From positions 192,001 to 256,000 of the forward strand of contig CBDUPA010000007.1 in NCBI GenBank assembly GCA_965368975.1: a DNA stretch of 64,000 bases, in the 5' to 3' direction. A program made the translations under genes and the position numbers. Position 1 is the stretch's first letter. Every line of letters begins with the position of its first letter. Of the stretch, positions 20,120 through 30,500 are shown piece after piece. The DNA comes from an uncultured bacterium (lineage in GTDB: Bacteria; Acidobacteriota; Thermoanaerobaculia; Multivoradales; JAHZIX01). Below the pieces are notes generated by a model, which saw nothing but the letters and a program-made list of their open reading frames with translations, did no database searches and had not been told where the DNA came from.

Positions 20120-20899
20120 ATGGCTAGCTCAACCCGCTCCACCTCTGCCGGCGCTACCTCGGCCGGCGCTACCTCTGCCGACGCTACCTCGGCCGGCTCT
20201 ACCGTAGCCAGAACCGATGTCTCCAGCCAGGGCCGATCCGCCGTGCCGGCGAAGGGGCGCAAGCGTGGCGACCGCAATGCGCCGTCGTACCTGACCGAGC
20301 GGCAGCGCGCGATTCTCGAGTTCATCGAGGAGTCACAGCGCCGTCGCAGCATCGCGCCGACCCACCGTGAGATCTGTGAGCATTTCGGCTATTCTTCCTA
20401 CGGCACCGTCTACAAGCACCTCAAGCTGCTCGAACAGAAGGGTTTCCTGACCCGAGATTGGAACCAGAAGCGGGGCATCGAGTTGACCCGTCCGGTGCGC
20501 GCCGAGGACGACGGCGACCTACCCTTTCTGGGCCTTATCGCTGCCGGCCGGCCGATTCAAGCACTGCCCGAACCCGAAACTCTGCAGGTGCCGCACCACT
20601 TGCTGCGACCGCGTTCCGGCGGCGAGCACTTCGTGCTACAGGTGATGGGCGACTCGATGATCGACGAAGGCATCCACGACGGTGACTTCGTCGTCGTCTT
20701 GCGGCGCCAGACCGCGGCGCCGGGTGAGATGGTGGTAGCCTTGGTCGAAGATCAGGACGCGACCCTCAAGCGCTTCTACCCTGAGGGGCCGATGGTGCGC
20801 TTGCAGCCATCGCACCCGACCATGGAGCCGATCTTGGTCGATGCCCGCGAAGTCAAGATCCAGGGCATCGTCGTCGGCCTGATGCGCCGGTACGCCTGA
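20120..20899 (+). CDS. lexA: LexA repressor with low-complexity N-terminal extension
   Basis: LTERQRAILEFI wHTH, Ala-Gly cleavage site (IAAGRP), catalytic Ser (VMGDSM) and Lys (TLKR). Confidence 0.93.
   Translation: MASSTRSTSAGATSAGATSADATSAGSTVARTDVSSQGRSAVPAKGRKRGDRNAPSYLTERQRAILEFIEESQRRRSIAPTHREICEHFGYSSYGTVYKHLKLLEQKGFLTRDWNQKRGIELTRPVRAEDDGDLPFLGLIAAGRPIQALPEPETLQVPHHLLRPRSGGEHFVLQVMGDSMIDEGIHDGDFVVVLRRQTAAPGEMVVALVEDQDATLKRFYPEGPMVRLQPSHPTMEPILVDAREVKIQGIVVGLMRRYA
20141..20203 (+). repeat. 4 x 15-bp tandem repeat encoding TSAGA-like units in the LexA N-terminus
   Basis: acctctgccggcgct acctcggccggcgct acctctgccgacgct acctcggccggctct. Confidence 0.85.
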
Positions 20900-21057
20900 G
20901 CTTTCGCGCCGTAAGAGGCCTCGATCGGCGGTGGTTCTGCCGCCATATGTGGTCGATGTTTGGAGCTGCCGAGCCAAACCGCTAGAATGCTCGGCGCCGG
21001 TGCTGTTCCCCCCCCAACAGGATACGCCCGCTGAACTCGACTCCTTTACGAGGTGCT

Positions 21058-22449
21058 ATGGAGCTTGACGCGTTACTTAAGTTCATGACCAAGAAGGGCG
21101 CTTCGGATCTGCATCTGAAGCCGACCCGGCCGCCTCTGCTACGCATCAACGGCAAGATCATCCCCATCGACATGGACCCCTTCAAGCCGGGGGACATCGA
21201 CAAGATGGTGCTCGGGATCTTGAACCCGAAGCAGAAGGAGCGTTTGGAGGAACGGTTATCGGTCGATCTGGGGTACGGTGTCCCTGGATGTGCCCGCTTC
21301 CGTGGCAACATCTATATGCAGCGGGGAACCCTGGCGGCGTCGTTCCGTCGCATCCCGTTCCAGATCCGCGACGTCGAGGAACTCAACCTTCCCGACGTTT
21401 TGCTCGAGTTCGCCAGCTTGCCGATGGGGCTGGTGCTGGTCACCGGACCGACCGGTAGCGGCAAGTCGACTACCCTGGCAGCGCTGATCAAGTACATCTC
21501 GGCCAACCGGCCGGTGCACGTGATCACCGTCGAGGACCCGATGGAGTTTCTGTTCACCGACAACGTGGCGACCCTGTCGCAGCGTGAGATCGGCACTGAC
21601 ACCATTAGCTTCGCCGAAGCCCTGCGCAACGCGATGCGCCAGGACCCGGACGTCATCATGGTCGGCGAGATGCGCGATCCCGAGACCATCGCGACGGTGA
21701 TCACCGCTGCCGAGACCGGACATTTGTGCTTCTCGACACTGCACACCAACAGTGCTGGCCAGACCATCGACCGTATTCTCGACGCCTTCCCGCCGGATCA
21801 GCAGGCACAGGTCCGCTCGCAGCTGGCGCAGTTGCTCAGGGGGGTCGTGTCGATCAAGTTGGTCGAGCGCAAGGGAGGCGATGGCCGCATGGCCGCGCTC
21901 GAGATCATGCGCGGTTCGCCCAAGATCGCCGATCTGATCGAGAAGGGCAAGACCGCCAACATCCTGGAAGAAATCGAATCCTCCGTCGGCTACTACCGCA
22001 TGCAGTCGATGAACCAATCCTTGCTGGCACTGCTGGCCAACGGAGAAATCTCGCCCGAAGAGGCCATGCGGCAGTCCCCGGACGCCGAAGACCTCTCGCT
22101 CAAGTTGCGCAAGATGTTCCCCAAGATCGTGGAGGGAGACATGGCTACCTCGGACTTTTCCCAGATTCTCGAACTGCAGGAGTTCCGCCGCCTCTACGAA
22201 GAGCAGGAGGAGAAGATCAAGCTGACTCTGGCGGAGAAAGATCAGACCATCTCTGAGCGTGATGAGATGCTGGCCGACCGGGATCGTCAGATGAACGAGC
22301 TCCACGACGAGATGAACCGCATACAGGAGCAGGTGGACAAGCAGGAGCAGGATTACAATCGTCTCAAGACCGAGGCGCAGGACAAGATCGACAAGCTGAT
22401 GGAGCGCATCCGGCAGCTGAATCAGCGGCTCACCGGCGCCGCCCGCTGA
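21058..22449 (+). CDS. pilT: PilT/PilU-family type IV pilus ATPase with ~100-aa C-terminal coiled coil
   Basis: ASDLHL, GPTGSGKSTT, ITVEDPME, RQDPDVIMVGEMRD and AETGHLCFSTLHTN motifs; heptad-rich tail. Confidence 0.85.
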   Translation: MELDALLKFMTKKGASDLHLKPTRPPLLRINGKIIPIDMDPFKPGDIDKMVLGILNPKQKERLEERLSVDLGYGVPGCARFRGNIYMQRGTLAASFRRIPFQIRDVEELNLPDVLLEFASLPMGLVLVTGPTGSGKSTTLAALIKYISANRPVHVITVEDPMEFLFTDNVATLSQREIGTDTISFAEALRNAMRQDPDVIMVGEMRDPETIATVITAAETGHLCFSTLHTNSAGQTIDRILDAFPPDQQAQVRSQLAQLLRGVVSIKLVERKGGDGRMAALEIMRGSPKIADLIEKGKTANILEEIESSVGYYRMQSMNQSLLALLANGEISPEEAMRQSPDAEDLSLKLRKMFPKIVEGDMATSDFSQILELQEFRRLYEEQEEKIKLTLAEKDQTISERDEMLADRDRQMNELHDEMNRIQEQVDKQEQDYNRLKTEAQDKIDKLMERIRQLNQRLTGAAR

Positions 22450-22478
22450 CCTCCGACGGCGCACACCCCGGTGGGCCC

Positions 22479-22865
22479 ATGGAGTTGACCACCCGAGACG
22501 TCCGACACCTTGCACGGCTGGCGCGCCTGCAGCCGGCAGACGGCCCAGCTGAAGGCTGGGCCGGAGCGCTCAAAGAGATGCTCGCCTACGTCCATCAACT
22601 TTCTGTCGTGGAGCCCGAGACTACAGACCGCTCGGTGGCCGCTGAGGGACTAGCTGAGGGGCTGCCAGTGGCCGTCCAGGAGCTAGAAACCACCGCTGAG
22701 GTTGGTGGTGTGCGTGCCGACGAGCCCGGCACGTGCTTGCCGGCGGCGGTCGTTCTGGCCAATGCGCCGGCACACAACAAGGGCTGGGTGATGGTCGCGC
22801 CACCGGCCGGCCATGCGCGAGCTTCCGTGGAGGCGGCGCGCGACGGAGGTGGGGAAGCGGCATGA
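22479..22865 (+). CDS. gatC: Asp/Glu-tRNA amidotransferase subunit C (divergent)
   Basis: DVRHLARLARL...MLAYVHQL...RADEP...LANAP; overlaps the gatA start. Confidence 0.8.
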   Translation: MELTTRDVRHLARLARLQPADGPAEGWAGALKEMLAYVHQLSVVEPETTDRSVAAEGLAEGLPVAVQELETTAEVGGVRADEPGTCLPAAVVLANAPAHNKGWVMVAPPAGHARASVEAARDGGGEAA

Positions 22866-24346
22866 GTATGGCCGCCACACAGGCCTGGAGTTGGAGTGCC
22901 GCGACCATTGCTCGGCGTGTGCGTGCCGGTGACGTGTCCGCGCGCGCCGTAGTCGATGCTTGCTTGCATCGCACCCACAGCGTCGAGCCGGCTCTCAATG
23001 CCTATCTGGAAGTGTTCGACCCTGCAGCCCGCGAGCGTGCCGACGCACTCGATCGCCGACGTCGACGAGGGGAGACACTCGGCGCGCTGGCGGGGGTACC
23101 GGTGGCGGTCAAAGACAACCTGAATATCGCAGGTCAGGCACTCAGCTGCGGCTCCCGCCTGCTCGAGGGCTACCGGGCACCCTACACCGCCACGGCCGTC
23201 GAACGCCTCCTGCGGGCTGACGCCGTGCTGCTCGGGCGCACCAATCTCGATGAGTTCGCCATGGGCTCCTCCGGTGAGACCTCGGCCTTCGGTGCCACCC
23301 GCAACCCGTGGGCTCGTGAGCGTGTTCCCGGTGGCTCGAGTAGCGGCTCGGCGGCGGCGGTCGCTGCCGGCAGCGTCCCTTTGGCCCTGGGTAGCGATAC
23401 CGGTGGCTCAGTGCGCCAGCCAGCTGCGCTGTGCGGCCTGGTCGGCGTCAAGCCAACGTACGGCCGCGTCTCGCGCTATGGCCTGACCGCTTACGCTTCC
23501 AGTCTCGACCAGGTTGGTCCGCTGGCCCGCGACGCCAACGATGCAGCGCTGGCCCTGGCCGTGCTCAGCGGTCACGATCCGTGCGACGCAACGTCGAGCC
23601 GCCGGGCACCGCCGCAGCTCGGGAGCGAAGTCCGCTGGCGTGGACTGCGCGCAGGCGTGCCCCGTGAGCTGTCGCTCGACGCGCTCAGTCACGCTGCTGC
23701 CAGCAACTGGACCGAGGCGCTGGAGCGCGTGCGGGGGCTGGGTGGCGAGGTCGTCGAGGTCAGTGTGCCGGCGTTGCCGCGCGCGCTGGCGGTCTATTCT
23801 CTGATCGCCAACAGCGAGGCGAGCAGCAACCTGGCGCGCTTCGATGGCGTGCGGTTCGGCACCAGACCTCCCCGCCCCAGGGGAGAGGACGTCGACGCAT
23901 CGATCACGCATGCGCGCTCGCAGGGTTTCGGTGCCGAAGTCCAGCGTCGTATCCTGCTCGGCACGTTCGCGCTCTCGGCAGGCTATCGGCATGCCTACTA
24001 CGCACGGGCGTGTCGGCTGCGTGCGGCCCTGGCATCTCAACTGCGCGACGCCCTGTGCTCGGTCGACCTGCTGCTGACGCCGACCACGCCGTCGGCCGCC
24101 TTCCCGCTAGGGGAGATGGTAGGGGCCTCGCTGCAGATGGCGCTCTCGGACCTGTTCACCGTGCCGGCCAGCCTCGCCGGCCTACCGGCGGTCGCGGTCC
24201 CTTCGGGCTACAGTGACGATGACATGCCGCTGTCGCTGCAGTTGATCGGCGACGCCTTCGATGAAGCCCGCTTGCTGCCGCTGGCGCAGGCCTTCCAAGA
24301 TCACGTCGAGTGGGAGGTGCGTCCTGCGCGCCCTGCTGCCCTCTAG
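22862..24346 (+). CDS. gatA: Asp/Glu-tRNA amidotransferase subunit A
   Basis: GVPVAVKDN, PGGSSSGSAAAVA, LGSDTGGSVRQPA, SSNLARFDGVRFG and EVQRRILLGTFALS motifs. Confidence 0.92.
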   Translation: MSMAATQAWSWSAATIARRVRAGDVSARAVVDACLHRTHSVEPALNAYLEVFDPAARERADALDRRRRRGETLGALAGVPVAVKDNLNIAGQALSCGSRLLEGYRAPYTATAVERLLRADAVLLGRTNLDEFAMGSSGETSAFGATRNPWARERVPGGSSSGSAAAVAAGSVPLALGSDTGGSVRQPAALCGLVGVKPTYGRVSRYGLTAYASSLDQVGPLARDANDAALALAVLSGHDPCDATSSRRAPPQLGSEVRWRGLRAGVPRELSLDALSHAAASNWTEALERVRGLGGEVVEVSVPALPRALAVYSLIANSEASSNLARFDGVRFGTRPPRPRGEDVDASITHARSQGFGAEVQRRILLGTFALSAGYRHAYYARACRLRAALASQLRDALCSVDLLLTPTTPSAAFPLGEMVGASLQMALSDLFTVPASLAGLPAVAVPSGYSDDDMPLSLQLIGDAFDEARLLPLAQAFQDHVEWEVRPARPAAL

Positions 24347-24356
24347 CTCCTCACCT

Positions 24357-26315
24357 GTGAAGCAGCAGCAGTCTGCGCGTTTCCTGTCCGCAGGTAGCGG
24401 GCGGTCCTGTCTGGCTCTGCTGTTCTTCCTCGCTGCCTTGGTCACCAGCCAACCCGGACACGCAGCCGAGCTGCGCGTCGTCGTGACAGCGGCTGGTGCA
24501 GACGAACATGGTGGCCTGTGGGCCGTGATGACCGGCGACCACGAGTTCTTCCTCGAAGCCGAGCCGTTGGCTGGCGAAGGGCTGTACGCGTTCAGTCGTC
24601 GTCTCACAGGTGGCCGTGCGCGCGCTGCCGACATCCGCCGGGCTCACGGGGGGCGCAGCCGGCTCTACGCAGGCCGCCGCTATCGGCTGCCGCTCGACTG
24701 GGTCACCGAGCCCTTGCGGCGGCGAGCCCTGGCGGCTTTGCTGCCGGGGGACGGTGTACGGCCCGGCGAGTGGGTTCACGAGGTTCGCGACTATGACGGC
24801 TTGCCGCAGGAGAGTCTGTGGCGCGTCGCCGCACGCTTCACCGGCGATGGTCGCAACCATCCCCAGCTACGCCGACACAATGCTCTACCCGACAACGGGA
24901 TCTACCGCGGACAGAAGCTCCGCCTCCCCGCGGACCTGCTGCTGCCACTGTTTCGCAATCTGGTGCCCGATGCGCCGAGCGGCCCTGTGGAGACAGTCGG
25001 CGAACCCGCGACCGTCACAGCTGCGCCGCCGACCGGGCCGGCCGTGCCGACCGCTCCGATCCCGGAGCCGCCGCTACCGCGGGGCGAGAGTCCGCCGGCC
25101 ACCGAGACTCCGGAAGCCCAGCCCACGACCTCGACCACCCGTCCTACAGGCAGTCCGGCGGCTCCGGTGCGCGAACCCAACACCTACGATTTGGAATATG
25201 TGCGCGATGGCGACCAAGAGTTCGCCGTCTACCGTCTGAAGGCTGGAGAAGCCATCTACTCTGCGGTGGTCGTGCGCTTCACCGGCCGCATCTACGCCAC
25301 GGACGTCAACGCGCTGTCGGCTCAGCTGGCCCAGCTCAATGGAATCGAAGATGTGACCGACATGCCGATCGGGTTCCCGGTGCGTATCCCCTTCGACTTG
25401 CTACAGCCCGAGTTCCTGCCCCCGGGCCATCCACGGCGTCAGGAGTACGAGGAGGCGCAACTGGCCAGTGCCCAGTTCAGCAACACCGTGCGCTCTCGTG
25501 ACCTGGCCGGCATCACGATCGTGCTCGATGCCGGTCATGGTGGCCGCGATCCCGGGGCCTCGAAGGACGGCGTGTGGGAAAGCCTCTACGTCTACGACAT
25601 CCTGCTGCGCCTGCGCCAGTTCCTCCAAGAGCGCACCTCCGCCGAGGTCCACACCACCGTCCGCGACGGTGACAGCTATCGCATCATCGATCGCGACGTC
25701 CTGCCGTACACCCAGGGCCACAAGGTGCTCACCGATCCGCCCTATGACCTTGGTGACGGTGACCCGCGGGTCGGCGTGAACCTGCGCTGGTACCTGTCGA
25801 ACAGCCTGTACCGGCGGGCCCAGAGCCAGGGGCGCAACCACGAACAGGTCTTGTTCCTGTCGATTCACGCGGATTCGCTGCACCCGAGCATCCGCGGCGC
25901 CATGGTCTACATTCCCGACGCCCACCTGCGCCGCGGCAGCTACCAGAAGAGTGGCCGTGTCTACACCTCACGGCGTGAAGTGCGCGAGCAACCGCGGGTC
26001 AGCTTCTCGAACCAGGAGCGCACGCGCAGCCAGGGGCTGTCTCGCCAGCTCGCCGAGGAACTGATGGACGCCTTCCGCGACCGCGACCTCGGTATCCACC
26101 CGGACCAGCCGATCCGTCAGAAGATCTACCGTGGCCGGCGTCCCTGGGTGCCGGCGGTGCTGCGCTACAACGCGGTGCCGGCGTCGGTGCTGGTGGAAGT
26201 GTGCAACCTGGCCAACAGCGAGGACCGCAAGCTCCTGCAGAGTCGCGAGTTTCGCCAACACGCCGCAGAGGCGATCGCGGCCGGTATTCTGGCCTACTAC
26301 GAGAACTCGCGCTAG
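24357..26315 (+). CDS. N-acetylmuramoyl-L-alanine amidase (Amidase_3) with LysM-like N-terminal repeats
   Basis: IVLDAGHGGRDPGA, FLSIHADS and SVLVEVCNL motifs; signal peptide; start position uncertain. Confidence 0.85.
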   Translation: MKQQQSARFLSAGSGRSCLALLFFLAALVTSQPGHAAELRVVVTAAGADEHGGLWAVMTGDHEFFLEAEPLAGEGLYAFSRRLTGGRARAADIRRAHGGRSRLYAGRRYRLPLDWVTEPLRRRALAALLPGDGVRPGEWVHEVRDYDGLPQESLWRVAARFTGDGRNHPQLRRHNALPDNGIYRGQKLRLPADLLLPLFRNLVPDAPSGPVETVGEPATVTAAPPTGPAVPTAPIPEPPLPRGESPPATETPEAQPTTSTTRPTGSPAAPVREPNTYDLEYVRDGDQEFAVYRLKAGEAIYSAVVVRFTGRIYATDVNALSAQLAQLNGIEDVTDMPIGFPVRIPFDLLQPEFLPPGHPRRQEYEEAQLASAQFSNTVRSRDLAGITIVLDAGHGGRDPGASKDGVWESLYVYDILLRLRQFLQERTSAEVHTTVRDGDSYRIIDRDVLPYTQGHKVLTDPPYDLGDGDPRVGVNLRWYLSNSLYRRAQSQGRNHEQVLFLSIHADSLHPSIRGAMVYIPDAHLRRGSYQKSGRVYTSRREVREQPRVSFSNQERTRSQGLSRQLAEELMDAFRDRDLGIHPDQPIRQKIYRGRRPWVPAVLRYNAVPASVLVEVCNLANSEDRKLLQSREFRQHAAEAIAAGILAYYENSR

Positions 26316-26472
26316 CTGGTACTTCTGCGCGACCGCCACGGTGAGTCCGGCAACGAAACGAGGCGTGCCGAAGCACGCCTCGCAGATCTTCCGGCGGACT
26401 GATTGGCCCCAGCTCCTTGGAGGAGCCGGTTGTTGAGCCACGGATACTCTCTAGGCTTCTAGCAGGTCCTGA

Positions 26473-27432
26473 TCAGTTGCAGGACGGGTGCTGGAACAGC
26501 GGATCGACCCACTGGATCTGATCCAGCGGCTGCGGTAGCAGGAAGTCGGTCTTGGTGCGGACGCCACCGGCGTTGTCGATCGCGACGTGGATCGGCGTGC
26601 CGTCGGTGTAGGACGTGGTCGCGGCGTCGATGAACGCCTGGGGAGTTCCGGCCGGGAACTCGATCCACGCCTGCAGCCTGTCGAGGCCGATGATCATGTT
26701 GCCATTGCCGTTGAACTGGATGTCGACGACTGTCTGGTAGTGGTACTCCCAGCCTGTCGCCGGGTCGATGAAGATTGGGATGGTGGCATAGGCGGCGGCG
26801 CAGCCGTTGCTCGTCGCATTGACCGTGGCGACGCGGCTGGCGCGGGTGACACGCTTACCGTCGGTTTGGTCGGTGCCGTCGGTCGAGGGCTTGCCGTCTC
26901 CGTCCTCGCCCCGGCGCGCTTCGACTTCGCGCTCGGCGGCTTCCACGTCCTCGTCCGTGGTTGGTTCGCAGTAGTAGCCCCAGTAGGACCCGAACTTGCG
27001 CTCGTAAGTCCCGCCCGGGCACTCGTACTCGGTGTTCCAATCGTCTTCACTGAGAACCTCGCCTTCGAGGCCGTCCATGACGAAGGTCTCGACGCCGTTC
27101 TCGGTGTAGCAGGTCATGGTGCACGCCTGATGGTAGCGCCAGCCGGGGTAGGCACCCGGCGGCCACTTGACGAAGACCGTGTCGAGGTAGCAGCCTTCCG
27201 GCAGCTTGCCACTGTCCTGGATCGCCTTGCAGATCAGGATCGAGCGGGCCCAGCAGCCGTCCGAGGTGTCGCCGTTGTAGCCGAACGGGTCGCCGGGGGC
27301 GTTGACGATGTCGTCGTAGATGCCCTGGGCTGTGTCACACATGGCGGTGCCGGTGCTGGTGGCGAAGACGGCAGGGGTGAGTCCGAGCGCAAAGATTGCG
27401 CACAGGATACCGATAGTGATTCTGAATCGCAT
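26473..27432 (-). CDS. Secreted protein with protein-glutaminase-like (Cys-His-Asp) domain
   Basis: Signal peptide ending AVFA; DGCWAR (C60), WRYHQA (H101), FVMD (D120); AAGGAG RBS. Confidence 0.65.
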   Translation of the reverse strand: MRFRITIGILCAIFALGLTPAVFATSTGTAMCDTAQGIYDDIVNAPGDPFGYNGDTSDGCWARSILICKAIQDSGKLPEGCYLDTVFVKWPPGAYPGWRYHQACTMTCYTENGVETFVMDGLEGEVLSEDDWNTEYECPGGTYERKFGSYWGYYCEPTTDEDVEAAEREVEARRGEDGDGKPSTDGTDQTDGKRVTRASRVATVNATSNGCAAAYATIPIFIDPATGWEYHYQTVVDIQFNGNGNMIIGLDRLQAWIEFPAGTPQAFIDAATTSYTDGTPIHVAIDNAGGVRTKTDFLLPQPLDQIQWVDPLFQHPSCN

Positions 27433-27548
27433 TGTTACTCCTTCAACTCCAATGGTAGATGCGGCTCTGGCACTTCATGGCCGCTAGAAGATCGAAGGAA
27501 CGATAGCATGCGAATGCGTAGGACCCCAATCGAACTTATTTCTCGGGC

Positions 27549-30500
27549 TCAATGCAGGCTGTGGACGCCATGGTCGGCGGTACCGGCGTACAGACGGCCG
27601 GTGCCGTCGGTCACCAGCTGGGTGATACCGCGCGACAAGGCGCCGTGGGCACCGGCCGGTAGCGGCTGCCAGGAGTCGCCGCCGTCCGTACTTTGGTAGA
27701 TTCCGGTGTCCATTCCTGCGTAGATGGTGCCGTCATTCGCCACGGTGATCGAGCGCACGGGGCCCGGGGGCAGGCCCTGGTTGCCGGTAGCGGTCGCGAC
27801 GCCCGTGGAGCCGGCACGGAGCACGCCGTCCTCCAGAGTGGCGGCATAGAGGGTGCCGGGTTGGCTCGGGTCGAAGGCGAAGTCGAAGGTGGTGGGTCCC
27901 CGGAACTCTGTGCCGGCGATGGGTTCCCACTTGCCCGGGGCCGAGCGGAACAGGCCGGGACCGGCGGCGTAGAGGCGCGTGGGGTCCGAGGGATCGACAG
28001 CGACTCGGTAGAACGCCGGCGGTTGGTGGCTGGCGGAGACGGACGTCCAGGTGGTGCCGCCGTCCGTGCTCTTGAACAGGCTAGAGCTCGGGAAGTCGTA
28101 ATCGAAGATGTCCTGGCCCGCGACGTAGACGCTCATCGGATCGGTGGCATCGACGGCGAGGCTGAGCGGGAGGAAGGCTTGGAAGTTGGTGGGCTCGAGC
28201 CACGTCGCACCGCCGTTGTCGCTACGCCAGATGTTGAGCGGACCGCCGGCGTAGAGCACTTGTGGATCCGAGGGGGCCGCAGCCAGGCTGAGTGTGTTGC
28301 CCGCCGATGGCTCGTTGAGTCGCTGCCAGTTGTTGCCACCGTCGAGGCTGCGCCAGCCGCGACCGCCCGCGACCAGGAGCAGGTGACCTGCGACGGACGG
28401 GTGAGGAGTCAGTTCTTCGACCGGCCAGGCCTGCAGGCCGGCGTCCATCGGCGTCCACAGTACGCCACCGCCGCGCGTGCGCAGTACACCGGTATTGGTG
28501 GCCAGGTAGGCGCGGGGGCCGCTGCCTTCCGCGGTCAGGCCCGGGGCGTAGCGCACGGCGTGCAACTCTCTGGCGTCGAGGTCTGGATCGTCGACGCGCG
28601 TGTAGCTGACTCCGTCGTTCTCGCTGCGCAGCAACTGATCCGCGGCGGCTGCCAGGCGCACGTGGGGCTCCAGCGGGTGCACCGCCAGGGCGCGCAATCG
28701 CTGCGCTGGCAGGCCCTGTCCCCGCGGGTACCAGCGCTGACCATCGAAGCTCTCGAGCAGAGGCTTCAGGTAGCCGGTCGCCGCGATGCGCTCGGCGTCC
28801 ACAGGATCGGTGAACAGACGGGGACCGAGAGGGTCAGACCTCAGCTGCTGCCAGGAGTTGCCACCGTCGTCGCTACGCCACAGGCCGAACTGACGATCCG
28901 CCACAGGTTGATCGAGAGCGCAGGGGCGAGCCAGGACGGTGCTGCCATCCGTGGGCAGCGACAGCTGGCAGAAGGGGGGTTCACCCTCGTAGACCTGGGT
29001 CCAGGTGTCACCGGCGTCGAGACTGCGGTAGACGTTGCCCGCCGCCAGGTAGAGGGTGCCACCGAGGTGGGGATGCACGGCCAGCCGCTGGGGTAGGGGG
29101 AACCGGTCGGAGACGTCGACTTCTGTGCCCGCCGGGGGATCGCCGAGGCCGCTGGTCAGGAGCCGCCAGGCGAGCCCGGCGTCGTCACTGCGCCAGAGTC
29201 CGTCCTGACCGCCGTCGACGTAGATCCGGTCCGCGTCGTCGGCGTCGCAGTTCAGCTCCAGGATCTGTCCCGTTGGCAGGACGCCGCCCAGCTGCCAGCT
29301 CTGGGCACTGTCGCGGCTGACGAAGACGTGGTGCTGGGCCGCAGCGTAGACCGTCTCGTTGTGACTCGGACACACCGCCAGGTTGGCGATCGGGCCGCCT
29401 TGCGGACCCAGCGGTGTCCAGTCCGTGGTGCGGGGGACGAGCTGTGCTGCCGGGCTGGAGGCGGGCGTCGTCACTGAAGTGGTCTGGCTCCGCGTCGTCG
29501 TCGTGGGTGTCCGAGCTGCCGTCGCGAAGGGAGGAGACGGGCAACCGCGACAGGTGCGCGGCGGGGAAGTGGCTTCGAGAGGCCAGCGATAGAGCTGCTG
29601 TGGGGTCAGCACGTACAGGTCGTTGCCGAAGCGGGGTTCGAGCTTCAGGTCGCGCACCTCGACGCCCGTAGGCAGGCCGGTTTGCAGTGGTTGGAAACTG
29701 GTCCCACCGTCGATCGAGCGCAGGATCTCGTCAGCCATGGTGCGGACGAAGAGGACGCGATCATCGCGCGGATCACCTTCGACCAGGTCGAGGGACAGGC
29801 CTACTGCGCCCGCGGGGGTTTCAAAGGTCGCTCCGCCGTCGCTGCTCTTCAGGAGCTTGCTGTTCGCCACCACGTAGAGGGTCTGGTCGTCCGGCCCCCC
29901 GAAGGCAAGGTCTGCAACGTTGTAACGAAGGCCGTTGAAGTCGAAGGGCAGTAGGGTCTGCCAGTTCTCGCCGCCATTGCTGCTGCGGTAGAGGCCACCG
30001 CCGCCGATGTAGAGCCGATTCGGGTTGTGGGGAGCGAAGCTCAGGAACAGGTACTGGAGAGTGCCGATTGGGGACCACCGCTTCCATGTTTCGCCGCCGT
30101 CCAGGCTACGATAGCCAGAAAGAAACCTGTCGACGTCCTCCGTGGTGTAGCCGACGACGTAGGCGACGGACGGATCTCGCGGGTTGAAATGGGCCTCGAG
30201 GAAGGTGTTGATGCCGTAGATGCGGAACTGGTTCCAGGTGCGACCCTGGTTCTCGGTCTTGAGCAGGCGATCATTCAGGATCCAGAGGAAGCGAGCCGGG
30301 TCGAGCGGATCGATCGCGAGGGTCTGGGAGAAACTCGGAAGGTCGAACGACGGGTCCTGGTCCGGCGGCACCTTCATCCGCTGCCAGGTGCGGCCGCCGT
30401 CGTCGAGTTGCAAGAGGGCTTTGCCGAGGACGAAGAAGCGGCCGTGATCGCCGTGCGGATGGAAGTACAGTCTGCGCGCAGAGACGTCGAGCTGTTCGAG

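Noticed and set aside
22479-24346. gatCA without gatB as a novel amidase system
   Set aside because: gatB is often encoded separately, and GatA has canonical motifs.
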